Below, one piece after another: positions 40,651-50,172 of a DNA stretch of 64,000 nucleotides. How positions within the stretch are numbered: the first letter of the stretch is position 1; each line of letters opens with the position of its first letter. The stretch lies in assembly GCA_038231275.1 (NCBI GenBank), contig JBBRLQ010000012.1:165389-229388 (forward strand). The letters run 5' to 3'. Source of the stretch: Polyangiales bacterium. GTDB lineage: Bacteria > Myxococcota_A > Polyangia > Polyangiales > Polyangiaceae. A program made the translations under genes and the position numbers. The notes under the pieces are model-generated. The model was given only the letters and a program-made list of their open reading frames with translations, did no database searches and was not told the DNA's origin.

Positions 40651-42417
40651 TCAGCGCTTTCGTCGCGTGGGCTCGCCGAACAGCGTCAACTGGCGGTCGA
40701 CGAGGGGCTGCGGAGCCCGCTTCTTCGCAACGGGCGGCGGCGACGGCGCATCCTCGCGATGCCCCGTCTCGACCTGTGAGGCATAGAGCGCCTCGACCGC
40801 GGCGATGCGATCGGCGTCCGCGGGCGACTTGTCGTCACGGATCCGCACGATGCGCGGGAAGCGGAGCGCGAAGCCGCTCGCGTGGCGCTTGCTCCTCTGG
40901 ATCCCATCGAAGGCGACCTCGAGGACGATCTCCGGACGGACGATGCGAAGGCCGCCGCGACGCTCTACCCGCTCGGTGATCGCTTCGAGCCGCGATGTCA
41001 TGTCGTCGATCTCGCGATCGGTGAGGCCGCTGTACGCTTTGCCGACGTTCACGAGCTCCGCGGCTTCTCCTTCTCCTTTCCAGACGGCGAAGGTGTAGTC
41101 GCTGAGGACGCCCGCGCGCTTGCCGTGCCCGAGCTCGGCGGCGGTCACCACGACGTCGAGCGTCGCGAACGCGCGCTTCACCTTGATCCACGCCTGACCG
41201 CGACGGCCCGCCTCGTACGGCGCGTCCCTCCTCTTGAGGACGAGGCCCTCGTGACCGCGCGCGCGCGCCTCGGTGAACCGCGCGTCCAGATCCGCGGGGT
41301 GCGGCGCGACGCCGTTGAGCGCGAACGAAGGACCGACGAGCGGCGCGGCGAAGGCCTCGAGGCGCGCGCGTCGCTCCGTCCACGGGAGCGCCATGCGATC
41401 CTCTCCGCCGTCCGCGAGGAGATCGTACGCGACGAACGAGACCGGCGTGGCCGCCACGATCGCGTCGCTCGGATCCTTGCGGCCGAGGCGATTCTGGAGC
41501 TGCATGAACGGACGCGGACGGCCGCTCGCGTCGATCGCGACGAGCTCGCCATCGAGCGCGACCCCGCCCGGAGCGCGGCGTAACGCCGCCGCGACCTCGG
41601 GAAACGCGCCGGTCACGTCGTCGAGGCCGCGCGCGAAGATTCGGACCAGGTCGCCGTCCTTGTGCACTTGCGCGCGAATCCCGTCGATCTTGTCTTCCAC
41701 CACGTGCTCCGCGGGATCGGGCGGCGCGGCGATCGTCTCGATCGGCGTCGCGAGCATGAACGCGACGGGGCGGCCGATCTGGAGGCGCGCATCGCCGAGC
41801 CAATTCTTGGCCGCGAGCACCGCGAGCTCGCCCGGATCGGTCACGAGCGCCGCCGCGCGCCGCACTTCCGCGGGATCGCGTCCGAAGCCACGCGCGATCG
41901 CGTCGGTGATGACGCCGGCCTGCGCGCCTATGCGGAGCTCGCCGAGGAGCGCCTTCGCGAGATATTTCGCCTCGAGCGGCGTCGCGCGAGAGAGGACCTC
42001 CGACAGCAGCGCCTGCTTCTCCTCACGTTTGCTCGTGTCTGCGAGCCGCTCGAAGAGCTCACCGATCTGCTCGAGCGAGACTCCGGGTCGCGCCGAGGCG
42101 CCTTCGATTCCGCCGAGCATCAGCTCCAGCGCGTCGCCGAGATCTCCGGTGGCCTGCATCGCCGCGGAGGTGCCGGCGCCCGCGTCCCCGACCTGCGCGA
42201 CGACGGCGTCGTACACGAGCCTCCATCCGACGCCGAGCTTTCGGCCTCCCCACGCGGGCAGCGCGCGACCGGCTGCGATGCGCGCCGCGACCATGAGGGC
42301 GCGCTCGTCATGACCTTCACGCGCGATCTCCGCGAGCACATCGCCGATCGCCTTCTCCTTCGCGAGGCGCGAGCGCGTGCTCTTCGCCGCATCGAGCGCC
42401 GCCGCGAGCCGCTTCAC
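40651..42417 (-). CDS. ATP-dependent DNA ligase (LigB-like)
   Basis: EDKIDGIRAQ (motif I), LDGE, EGLVLK, WIKVK, ALRFPR; GTG start overlapping kinase stop. Confidence 0.9.
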   Translation of the reverse strand: MKRLAAALDAAKSTRSRLAKEKAIGDVLAEIAREGHDERALMVAARIAAGRALPAWGGRKLGVGWRLVYDAVVAQVGDAGAGTSAAMQATGDLGDALELMLGGIEGASARPGVSLEQIGELFERLADTSKREEKQALLSEVLSRATPLEAKYLAKALLGELRIGAQAGVITDAIARGFGRDPAEVRRAAALVTDPGELAVLAAKNWLGDARLQIGRPVAFMLATPIETIAAPPDPAEHVVEDKIDGIRAQVHKDGDLVRIFARGLDDVTGAFPEVAAALRRAPGGVALDGELVAIDASGRPRPFMQLQNRLGRKDPSDAIVAATPVSFVAYDLLADGGEDRMALPWTERRARLEAFAAPLVGPSFALNGVAPHPADLDARFTEARARGHEGLVLKRRDAPYEAGRRGQAWIKVKRAFATLDVVVTAAELGHGKRAGVLSDYTFAVWKGEGEAAELVNVGKAYSGLTDREIDDMTSRLEAITERVERRGGLRIVRPEIVLEVAFDGIQRSKRHASGFALRFPRIVRIRDDKSPADADRIAAVEALYASQVETGHREDAPSPPPVAKKRAPQPLVDRQLTLFGEPTRRKR

Positions 42418-44357
42418 GAACGGATGATGCAGTGCGGCGCCTCGGGGGGCGGCGCCGAGGTCACCGCGCCGTGCACACTCGACGGAACGAGCTGGCGGAG
42501 TTGCCAGGCCTGGAGGATCACGCGCTCCTCGGCGCGGTGCAGCGCTTCGCGTACGCGGCCGACGAAGATGCCCGAGACGAGCAGGATCGCAGCGTTCGCA
42601 AACACGAGGAACGTCATCGTCGGCACCGCCGGAAAGCCGACGGCCATCGCCTTGACCACGATCGTGTCGCCCGTAAACGCGTAGCGCGGCGGTAGGACGT
42701 GGAGGACCTCGAGGCCGAATGGGACGACCATCGACGCGACACCGGTGGCGATGATCCAGGGGCGATGCCGGAGCGGGCTCGACAGCGTCATCGAGAGGGT
42801 GTTGGCGACGGCGACGACCGGCAGGAAGATGAGCGAGCCGAAGAGCACGCTGGTCGCGACGACGCCGAGCGTCGTGACGGCGTAGAAGATCGGCATCATG
42901 CGCTCGTCGATCACGTTGCGCTTGTAGCCCCAGAAGCACCACAGCACGGCGAGAGCCCACACGAGCTCGGTAATCATCCCGACGCCGGGCATGCGGGTGC
43001 CCATCCACCATCCCAAGGGCAGGTAGAGGATGAACGTCAGGTAGGCCCACCCCGCCGTGCGCAGCGCGCCCCGCATGACGCTGCGCTCGGAGGCGGCGAC
43101 CTCCGCGCGCGCCTCGGCGGGGAGCTCGCGCGGCGGCTCGGTGAGGAGGCGAAGGAGCGTTCGCGCCGCGTCGGCGTTGTTGGGATCGAGCACGATCGCG
43201 CGCCCCACCTCTTGCAGCGCGCGGGCACGCGCCTCGGCGTCGCCTTCGGCCAGCGCGCGCGTCGCAGCTTCGACGCCGGCCGCAGCATGTCCGGCCGCGA
43301 GCTCGCGGCGGCGCGCCAAATCGCGATCGCCGTCCAAGTACCCTTCGACCGCGTCGGAGAGCGCGCGCGCGCTCGGAAACCGCCCGATCTTCTCGAGCGA
43401 CGTCGCGCGGACGCAGATGGCCTCGAGCTCCGGCGCCACCTCGAGCGACGGCGCCCGCTGGCTCGGACGCGCGTCGACGCCCCGGAGCGTCTCGACGAGG
43501 ATGCGCTCGGCGGTATCGCCCACGTGCAGCGCCTCGCGCGTCAACGTCTCGAACAGGATCGTCCCCAGCGCGTACACGTCGCTGCGCTCGTCGAGCTCGT
43601 CGATCGCGCCACGGATCTGCTCGGGTGACATGTACCCAGGCGTCCCCAGGATCGCGCCGTGCGCGGTCTTGCCCATGGCCTCGGCCGCCACCTCCACGTT
43701 CGGCACCGCCAGATCGTCCGCCGTCGAGTAGAGCCGCGCGAGGCCCCAGTCGAGGACGTACACCTCGCCGAAATCTCCGAGCATGATGTTCGCCGGCTTC
43801 AAGTCGCGGTGCAGCACGCCGCGTGAGTGCGCGAAGTGCACGGCCTGGCACACGCTCACGAACGCCGTCAGCAGCTTGCGAAGCGTGTATTCTGCAACCG
43901 TCGCCCCGTCGCCTTCGCGCAGCCGCTCGAGGACGCTCTCCAGCGTCTGCCCGCGAACGCGCTTCATCGTGAAGAAGGACGTCCCCGCCGGATCGCGCCC
44001 GAGGTCGTACACCGGCACGATCGCCGGATGCTCCAGCTGCCCCTGCACGCGCGCCTCGCGGAGGAAGCGCTTGTGGATGTCACTGCGCGATCCGACCCCC
44101 TTCCGGATCACCTTCAGCGCGACTTCACGCCCGATGCGCGTGTCTTTGCAGAGGCGCACCTCGCCCATCCCGCCTTCCCCGAGTGACGCGCGGTCCTCGT
44201 AGCGCGTCGCGAAACCCTCGCTCGGAGCCAGCTCCACTTCGGCGTCGGCGACCGCCTGGCCGGTTTCTTTGATCATCGTGGCGGCGTACCCCGGTCCCTG
44301 GGCCACGATCGTCGCCGTGGACTTCGGATCGGGGATCGTCTTGGCGTGAGGATCCAT
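42414..44357 (-). CDS. Ser/Thr protein kinase with multi-pass C-terminal membrane domain
   Basis: GEGGMGEV, HRDLKPAN, DWG, YMSPEQ; about 6 TM segments. Confidence 0.9.
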   Translation of the reverse strand: MDPHAKTIPDPKSTATIVAQGPGYAATMIKETGQAVADAEVELAPSEGFATRYEDRASLGEGGMGEVRLCKDTRIGREVALKVIRKGVGSRSDIHKRFLREARVQGQLEHPAIVPVYDLGRDPAGTSFFTMKRVRGQTLESVLERLREGDGATVAEYTLRKLLTAFVSVCQAVHFAHSRGVLHRDLKPANIMLGDFGEVYVLDWGLARLYSTADDLAVPNVEVAAEAMGKTAHGAILGTPGYMSPEQIRGAIDELDERSDVYALGTILFETLTREALHVGDTAERILVETLRGVDARPSQRAPSLEVAPELEAICVRATSLEKIGRFPSARALSDAVEGYLDGDRDLARRRELAAGHAAAGVEAATRALAEGDAEARARALQEVGRAIVLDPNNADAARTLLRLLTEPPRELPAEARAEVAASERSVMRGALRTAGWAYLTFILYLPLGWWMGTRMPGVGMITELVWALAVLWCFWGYKRNVIDERMMPIFYAVTTLGVVATSVLFGSLIFLPVVAVANTLSMTLSSPLRHRPWIIATGVASMVVPFGLEVLHVLPPRYAFTGDTIVVKAMAVGFPAVPTMTFLVFANAAILLVSGIFVGRVREALHRAEERVILQAWQLRQLVPSSVHGAVTSAPPPEAPHCIIRS

Positions 44358-44464
44358 CGCCGTCGAGTGTACGACGCCGGCCCCCCGGACGGGCGGGTTC
44401 CCCGTGAACGGATCGGTGTCCAGGACGGCACACGTGAGATCAAACGGTTCACACGCGCTTCATC

Positions 44465-44480
44465 TGGCACGTGGGCTGCT
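44465..44480 (+). promoter_or_regulatory. Sigma54 promoter TGGCACGTGGGCTGCT
   Basis: Consensus TGGCAC, GG-N10-GC, upstream of the ATG at 44527. Confidence 0.65.
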
Positions 44481-44526
44481 CTATCCCCTCGCGAACGCTC
44501 AACCGTTCCCATCCAGGAGGCTTCTC

Positions 44527-45384
44527 ATGACCAGGTCCTTTTTCGCCGCTTCGATCCTCGCGTCCCTCGCGCTCGCCACGTCGGCCGGGTGCGCCAGCAA
44601 GTCCACGTCGAGCTCGCCGACGGGGAGCGGCTCCGAGGCGGTGGATCAAGGCTCCGACGCCAACGGCGCGGAGAGCGATACCGAGTCCTTGTCGACGAGC
44701 TTCGTCGGCGGCAACGGTACGCAGCTGAACCTCGCTTCGGCCGGCGAGCTCGGGCAGCTCGGCGGCGGCGAGCTCACCACGGCGAACCTCGGCGACGGCG
44801 CAAAGAACTTCTTCCGCCCGGCCGGCTGCCTCGTCGTGACGGAGAACGCCGCCGGCAAGAGCGCAAAATACGCGTTCAGCGACTGCACCGGTCCGTACGG
44901 CCAGGTCCACATCTCCGGCGAGGTCGACGTCACCTACTCGTCGAGCGGCCCGACCCAGCTCACGATCAACTATTCGGCGACCGGCCTCCAGATCAACCGC
45001 CACGTCATCGACTGGACCGCGACAGCGAACGTCACGTCGAACGGCCTCGCGCGCGACATGGTGTGGGACGGAAAATTCAGCGGCACCACCGCCCACGGTC
45101 GCGCCTTCTCGCGCACCAACCACAAGGAGTACAAGTGGACGCAGGGCGAGGCCTGCCTGTCGGTCGCCGGGCAGTCGGACGGCACGGTCACTGGCCACGA
45201 GCTCAAGACCGACGTGATCAACTTCTCCGTGTGCAAGGGCGGCTGCCCCGAGGCAGGGAGCGAGATCAAGATCACCGACGTCACGACGAGCAAGGCCTAC
45301 GACCTGAAGTACAACGCGAACGACGCGACTTATACCGGTCCCGAAGGGCGCTCCGTGACCTTCACGCCGCTCTGCGCGCTGTAG
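44527..45384 (+). CDS. Beta-rich lipoprotein of unknown function
   Basis: AGGAGG RBS; SAGC lipobox. Confidence 0.7.
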   Translation: MTRSFFAASILASLALATSAGCASKSTSSSPTGSGSEAVDQGSDANGAESDTESLSTSFVGGNGTQLNLASAGELGQLGGGELTTANLGDGAKNFFRPAGCLVVTENAAGKSAKYAFSDCTGPYGQVHISGEVDVTYSSSGPTQLTINYSATGLQINRHVIDWTATANVTSNGLARDMVWDGKFSGTTAHGRAFSRTNHKEYKWTQGEACLSVAGQSDGTVTGHELKTDVINFSVCKGGCPEAGSEIKITDVTTSKAYDLKYNANDATYTGPEGRSVTFTPLCAL

Positions 45385-45455
45385 AGCGCGTCCGTACCTT
45401 CGTTCTCGCCCGTTCTCGCCGGCGGGGCACGCGCCCCTTGAAGATGGCGCGTGTC

Positions 45456-45471
45456 CGGCCGTAGTCTTGCT
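45456..45471 (+). promoter_or_regulatory. Sigma54 promoter candidate CGGCCGTAGTCTTGCT
   Basis: GG-N10-GC with TTGC upstream of the ATG at 45517. Confidence 0.5.
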
Positions 45472-45516
45472 CGATTAATCGCGGGCTCCTTCCGCGATTC
45501 GAGGAGGACGGGCGTA

Positions 45517-47433
45517 ATGTTGAACAAAACTACTTTGTCTTGGGTGGCTCGCATCGGAGCCGCCGCGGCGATCTGGGCTGGGGCAGTGGTGACCGGTTGC
45601 GGGAGCGACGGCACGGCGACGAACGCCGGCGGCGCCGACGCGAGCGCCGATACGAGCAACGTCGTGACGTGTACCTCGCCGCAGAAGGCCTGCGGCGGCG
45701 CGTGCGCGGACACGCAAACCGACTTCGACAACTGCGGCGCGTGCGCCAACAAATGCGCGAACGGCCAGGTCTGCTCGCAGGGCTCGTGCGCGCTCTTCTG
45801 CAGCGGCGGCACCACGCAGTGCGGAACGTCGTGCGCGAACACCGCGAACGACGCCGCCAACTGCGGCGCGTGCGGGACCGCGTGCAAGGCCGGCGAGGTC
45901 TGCGGCGCCGGCAAGTGCGCGCTCGCGTGCGGCGGCGGCTCCACTCAGTGCGGGACGTCGTGCGTCGACATCAACCTGGACGGCACCAATTGCGGCGCTT
46001 GCGGCACGAAGTGCCCGACCGGGAACGTCTGTGCCGCCGGCAAATGCGGGCTCTCCTGCGGAGTCGGCCTCACACAGTGCGGCGGCGCGGATGGCGGCAT
46101 AGGCGGCGCGCCCTTCTGCGCCGACACCCAGAACGACGGACGCAACTGCGGCCAGTGCGGCAAGACATGTGACGTCGGCAACGTGTGCGCCAGCGGCACC
46201 TGCCAGCTCTCGTGCCCCGCCGGGGAGATCATCTGCAACGGCAGCTGCGTCGATCCCCTCCGGGACAACCAGTACTGCGGCGCGACCGCGGGTTGCGGCG
46301 TCGCCGACGCGGGGACTGCGGGCACGGGGTGCGCCGCCGGCAACGTGTGCTCCGCCGGCTCTTGCGGCGTCTCGTGCCCCGGCACCGAGGCCAACTGCGG
46401 CGGCGTCTGCACCGACGGACAGACCGATCGCCTCCACTGCGGCGCCACCGGCGCATGCGGCGCGGGGGACGCGGGCGGCAACGCGGGCGTCGCATGCCCG
46501 GCCGGTAACGTCTGCGTGGCCGGCGCGTGCTCGGTCTCGTGCCCCGGAACGGAGGCCAACTGCGCGGGCGTCTGCACGGACGGTCAGACCGACCGGCTCC
46601 ACTGCGGCGCGACGGGCGCGTGCACGGGCGCCACGGCGGGCGTCGTTTGCCCGTCGGGTCAAGTGTGCAGCGGCGGAGCATGCGGCGCGAGCTGCGGCGC
46701 TCCGACGATCCAATGTGGCGCGACCTGCGTCGATCCCCGCAACGATCCGGCCAACTGCGGCGGCTGCGGACTCACCTGCATCGGCTACTGCAAGAACTCC
46801 GCGTGCGACGGCGCCGTCGCAATCGTTCATGCAGAGGCCAACGCTCCGTTCCTGACCCTGCTTCAGTCGAAGCTCGTGGGGACTGCCGCGTTCGTCCAGG
46901 TCGACCTCATCGACGCCCGAACGGTGACGCCGACCGCCGCCCAACTCCGGCCCTACGGAGCGCTCCTCGTGTTCTCCGACAGCGGCTTCGCGAGCGGCGC
47001 GCTCCTCGGAGACAACCTCGCGACCTACCACGACAACGGCGGCCACGTCGTCCTCGCGCCAGGCGCCAACGTCTCGGGCGCGTTTGCCGTCGGCGGACGC
47101 TTCGTCTCGGGGGGCTACAACCTCCAGACCGTCGCGGCGCCCGTCTTCAGCGCCTCGTCGCTCGGGACGGTCAACGACCCTGCGTCTCCGCTGATGCTCG
47201 GCGTCACGACGCTCGCGGCGAGCACCGCCATTCGCACAGCCGGTGCAGCGGCGAACGGCGGCATCGTGGTGGCGCAGTGGGCCGACGGCAGTCCGCTCAT
47301 CATTCGCGGCGTCGCGCCAGGCGGGCGCAACCGCGTCGACCTGAACCTGTTCCCGCCCCCGTCGCCGGCGTACGCCAACGGCTGGACGGGAAACGGCACG
47401 GAGATCTTCCGGAACGCCCTTCTGTTCCGTTGA
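45517..47433 (+). CDS. Cys-rich repeat lipoprotein (MXAN_6577/Stig1-like) with globular C-terminal domain
   Basis: GAGGAGG RBS; VTGC lipobox; about 8 NCGACG-type repeats. Confidence 0.8.
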   Translation: MLNKTTLSWVARIGAAAAIWAGAVVTGCGSDGTATNAGGADASADTSNVVTCTSPQKACGGACADTQTDFDNCGACANKCANGQVCSQGSCALFCSGGTTQCGTSCANTANDAANCGACGTACKAGEVCGAGKCALACGGGSTQCGTSCVDINLDGTNCGACGTKCPTGNVCAAGKCGLSCGVGLTQCGGADGGIGGAPFCADTQNDGRNCGQCGKTCDVGNVCASGTCQLSCPAGEIICNGSCVDPLRDNQYCGATAGCGVADAGTAGTGCAAGNVCSAGSCGVSCPGTEANCGGVCTDGQTDRLHCGATGACGAGDAGGNAGVACPAGNVCVAGACSVSCPGTEANCAGVCTDGQTDRLHCGATGACTGATAGVVCPSGQVCSGGACGASCGAPTIQCGATCVDPRNDPANCGGCGLTCIGYCKNSACDGAVAIVHAEANAPFLTLLQSKLVGTAAFVQVDLIDARTVTPTAAQLRPYGALLVFSDSGFASGALLGDNLATYHDNGGHVVLAPGANVSGAFAVGGRFVSGGYNLQTVAAPVFSASSLGTVNDPASPLMLGVTTLAASTAIRTAGAAANGGIVVAQWADGSPLIIRGVAPGGRNRVDLNLFPPPSPAYANGWTGNGTEIFRNALLFR

Positions 47434-47486
47434 CCTTCTAGACACCGGCACGGCTGCGCGCGGCGAACCTCTGCTAGTCTCGCCGC

Positions 47487-48737
47487 GTGCAGCCTGCTCC
47501 CTTTCCTACTCCGCGCGTCGATCCCGATCGATCGCGCAAGACCATCGGCACCGTCCTCTACGCCCTCGGCATGCTGGGCGGCGGCGCCTTGCTCATTGGC
47601 CTCTTCGTCGTCATGCCGCTGTTCGATCGCGACCCCGCCGCCGAGTTCGCGGCGATGGGAATGGGCGCCTGCCTCGCGATGCCGGCGCTGCTCGCGTACA
47701 TCTGGATCCCGCGCTTCGTCGATCGTTACGATCCGGAGCCGTGGTGGCTGCTCCTCGGCGCGATGGCGTGGGGAGGCATCGCGGCGTGCGGCTTCGCGGC
47801 CGTCATCAACACCGCCGCCGGCGAGATCGGCGAGCAGGTGTTCGGCCCCGGCGCCGGGCAGGTCATCGCCGCGTGCATCAGCGCGCCGCTCGTCGAGGAG
47901 GGCTTCAAGGGGCTCGGCGTCCTCGGCATCTTCTACTTCATGCGACGTGAGTTCGACGGCGTCGTGGACGGCGTCATGTACGCCACCTTCACCGCGCTTG
48001 GATTCTCCGCGATCGAGGACATCATTTACTACGGCCGCGCGGCCGGCGCCGAGCTCGGCGGCGGCACCGGCGCGCTCGGAGTAACCTTCTTCGTGCGGGG
48101 AATTCTCTCTCCGTGGGGCCATCCGCTCTACACGTCGATGACCGGCATCGGCCTCGGCCTCGCGCGCGAGACCGACAAACCGTGGGTGCGGTGGCTCGCG
48201 CCGATGGGCGGCTACGCGCTCGCCGTCGCGATGCACTCGACGTGGAACACCGCGGCGACCATCTCGGGCGCGCTCGTCCTCATCATGCTGCCGCTGTGGC
48301 TCGCGATCGTCATCGGCTTCGGGTTCCTCGTCTACTGGCTCGTCGGGCGGAAGGGGAAGATCATCCGCGCGTTCTTGCAAGACGAGGTGCTCATGGGCTT
48401 CCTCACGGTCTGGGAGCTGAACCTCGTCACCTCCCCGGCCGCGCGCATGCGCGCCAACGCGCTCTACGGTGGAAAGCTCGGCAAGCAGTTCGTGGACACC
48501 GCCGCGCGCCTGTCCCTCAGCAAGTGGCACAGCGCGCGCGCGACGCGGGGACGCCTAAAGACGGTGAGCTCCGACATGGTCGTGCCGCTGCGGCAAGAGC
48601 TGACGATCCTCCGCGGCCAGATCGCGGCGCGCCTGGGGCGACCGGTCGAACAGCCACAGCCTTTCAACCCGGGCGCCGGGCCGCCGCAGTGGATGCGACC
48701 CGCGCCGCAGTGGGTCACGCGACGCCCGAGCTGGTAG
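47487..48737 (+). CDS. prsW: PrsW-family intramembrane protease
   Basis: DRYDPEP, APLVEEGFK, GFSAIEDIIY, HPLYT, HSTWN. Confidence 0.85.
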   Translation: MQPAPFPTPRVDPDRSRKTIGTVLYALGMLGGGALLIGLFVVMPLFDRDPAAEFAAMGMGACLAMPALLAYIWIPRFVDRYDPEPWWLLLGAMAWGGIAACGFAAVINTAAGEIGEQVFGPGAGQVIAACISAPLVEEGFKGLGVLGIFYFMRREFDGVVDGVMYATFTALGFSAIEDIIYYGRAAGAELGGGTGALGVTFFVRGILSPWGHPLYTSMTGIGLGLARETDKPWVRWLAPMGGYALAVAMHSTWNTAATISGALVLIMLPLWLAIVIGFGFLVYWLVGRKGKIIRAFLQDEVLMGFLTVWELNLVTSPAARMRANALYGGKLGKQFVDTAARLSLSKWHSARATRGRLKTVSSDMVVPLRQELTILRGQIAARLGRPVEQPQPFNPGAGPPQWMRPAPQWVTRRPSW

Positions 48738-48746
48738 GCTCGCTCG

Positions 48747-50153
48747 ATGGAAATCGAGTTCGTCGGCGCGGCGCAGACCGTCACCGGCTCAAAGCACCTG
48801 GTCCGGACGAAGAACGCCACGGTGATGCTCGACTGCGGCCTCGTCCAGGGCCGCCGCCGCGAATCGATGGAGGCGAACAAGAACGTCGGCGTCGACGTCC
48901 CCTCCATCGACGCCGTCGTCCTCTCGCACGCGCACATCGATCACTCGGGCGGCCTGCCGTTCCTCGTAAAGAACGGCTACGACGGCCCGATTTACGCGAC
49001 GCCGGCGACGCGCGACCTCTGCGCCGCGATGCTCGCCGACGCCGCCCGCATCCAGGCCGCCGACGCGCGCTACATCAACCGCCTCATCGAAGAGGGCGAG
49101 GCCGACATGGAGCGCGTCGAACCGCTCTACGACGAGGCCGACGTCGTCCGCGTCCTCGAACGCATGGTGAGCGTCCCCTACGGCCGCCGCATCGACGTCG
49201 CGCAGGGCGTCCGCATCACCTTCCTCGACGCCGGTCACGTCCTCGGCAGCGCGATCACGGTCATCGATCTCGAGGAGGGCGGAAGGCGAAAGCGCGTCGC
49301 CTTCACCGGCGATCTCGGTCGCCGGCGCATGCCCATCTTGCGCGATCCCGAGGTCCCGACCGACGTAGACGCCCTCATCACCGAGAGCACCTACGGCGAT
49401 CGCGTCCACAAGCCGATCGAAGAGATGGACGACGAGCTGGCCGGCCTCATCAAGCGCACCTACGAGCGCGGCGGCAAGGTCGTCATCCCGAGCTTCGCCC
49501 TCGAGCGCGCGCAGGAGATCCTCTACGCGCTGCGCATGCTGAAGAGCGCCGGCAAATTCCCGAAGATGCCGGTCTACGTCGACTCGCCGCTCACCGTGAA
49601 GATCACTGACATCTTCCGCCTCCACCCGGAGTGCTTCGACACCGAGATGCGCAAGCTCATCTCCGAGGATCGCTCGCCGTTCGAGCTCGACGAGCTGAAG
49701 TACGTCTCCGACAAAGAAGAGAGCAAAGCGATCGACGCGTCCGACGAGCCGTGCGTCATCATCTCCGCGAGCGGGATGTGCGAGGCCGGGCGGATCGTCC
49801 ATCACCTGAAGGCGACGATCGAGAATCCGAAGAACACGGTCGTCATCGTCGGCTTCCAGGCGCCGCACACGCTGGGGCGACGAATCGTCGAGCGGCGGCA
49901 GCGCGTGAAGATCTTCGGCGTCGAGCGCGATCTGCGCGCGGAGGTCGCGGTACTGAACGGCTTCAGCGCGCACGCCGATCAGAAGGATCTGGTCGCGTTC
50001 GTCGAGGAGACGCGCGCGCGAGGCGGGAAGCTCACGCAGGTCGCGCTTGTGCACGGCGAGCCGCAGCCGCAGAAGGTGCTGGCCGGCCTGCTCGCCGGCA
50101 AGGGCCACGGCGACGTGCGCGCTCCTGCCGTCGGCGACGTGATGCCGCTCTGA
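48747..50153 (+). CDS. MBL-fold beta-CASP RNA-processing hydrolase
   Basis: VTGS, DCG, HAHIDH, AGHVLG, TGDLG, ESTYG, SGM, FSAHAD. Confidence 0.88.
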   Translation: MEIEFVGAAQTVTGSKHLVRTKNATVMLDCGLVQGRRRESMEANKNVGVDVPSIDAVVLSHAHIDHSGGLPFLVKNGYDGPIYATPATRDLCAAMLADAARIQAADARYINRLIEEGEADMERVEPLYDEADVVRVLERMVSVPYGRRIDVAQGVRITFLDAGHVLGSAITVIDLEEGGRRKRVAFTGDLGRRRMPILRDPEVPTDVDALITESTYGDRVHKPIEEMDDELAGLIKRTYERGGKVVIPSFALERAQEILYALRMLKSAGKFPKMPVYVDSPLTVKITDIFRLHPECFDTEMRKLISEDRSPFELDELKYVSDKEESKAIDASDEPCVIISASGMCEAGRIVHHLKATIENPKNTVVIVGFQAPHTLGRRIVERRQRVKIFGVERDLRAEVAVLNGFSAHADQKDLVAFVEETRARGGKLTQVALVHGEPQPQKVLAGLLAGKGHGDVRAPAVGDVMPL

Positions 50154-50172
50154 AGGTGAGCCAAGGCTCCGG

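Noticed and set aside
40651..43851. 1066-aa ORF as a giant ligase fusion
   Set aside because: The N-terminal 478 codons are an off-frame overlap of the kinase gene; the ligase starts at GTG 42417
17696..44357. Five Ser/Thr kinases, including a kinase-FGE fusion, as a novelty
   Set aside because: Kinase expansion and this fusion are ordinary for myxobacteria
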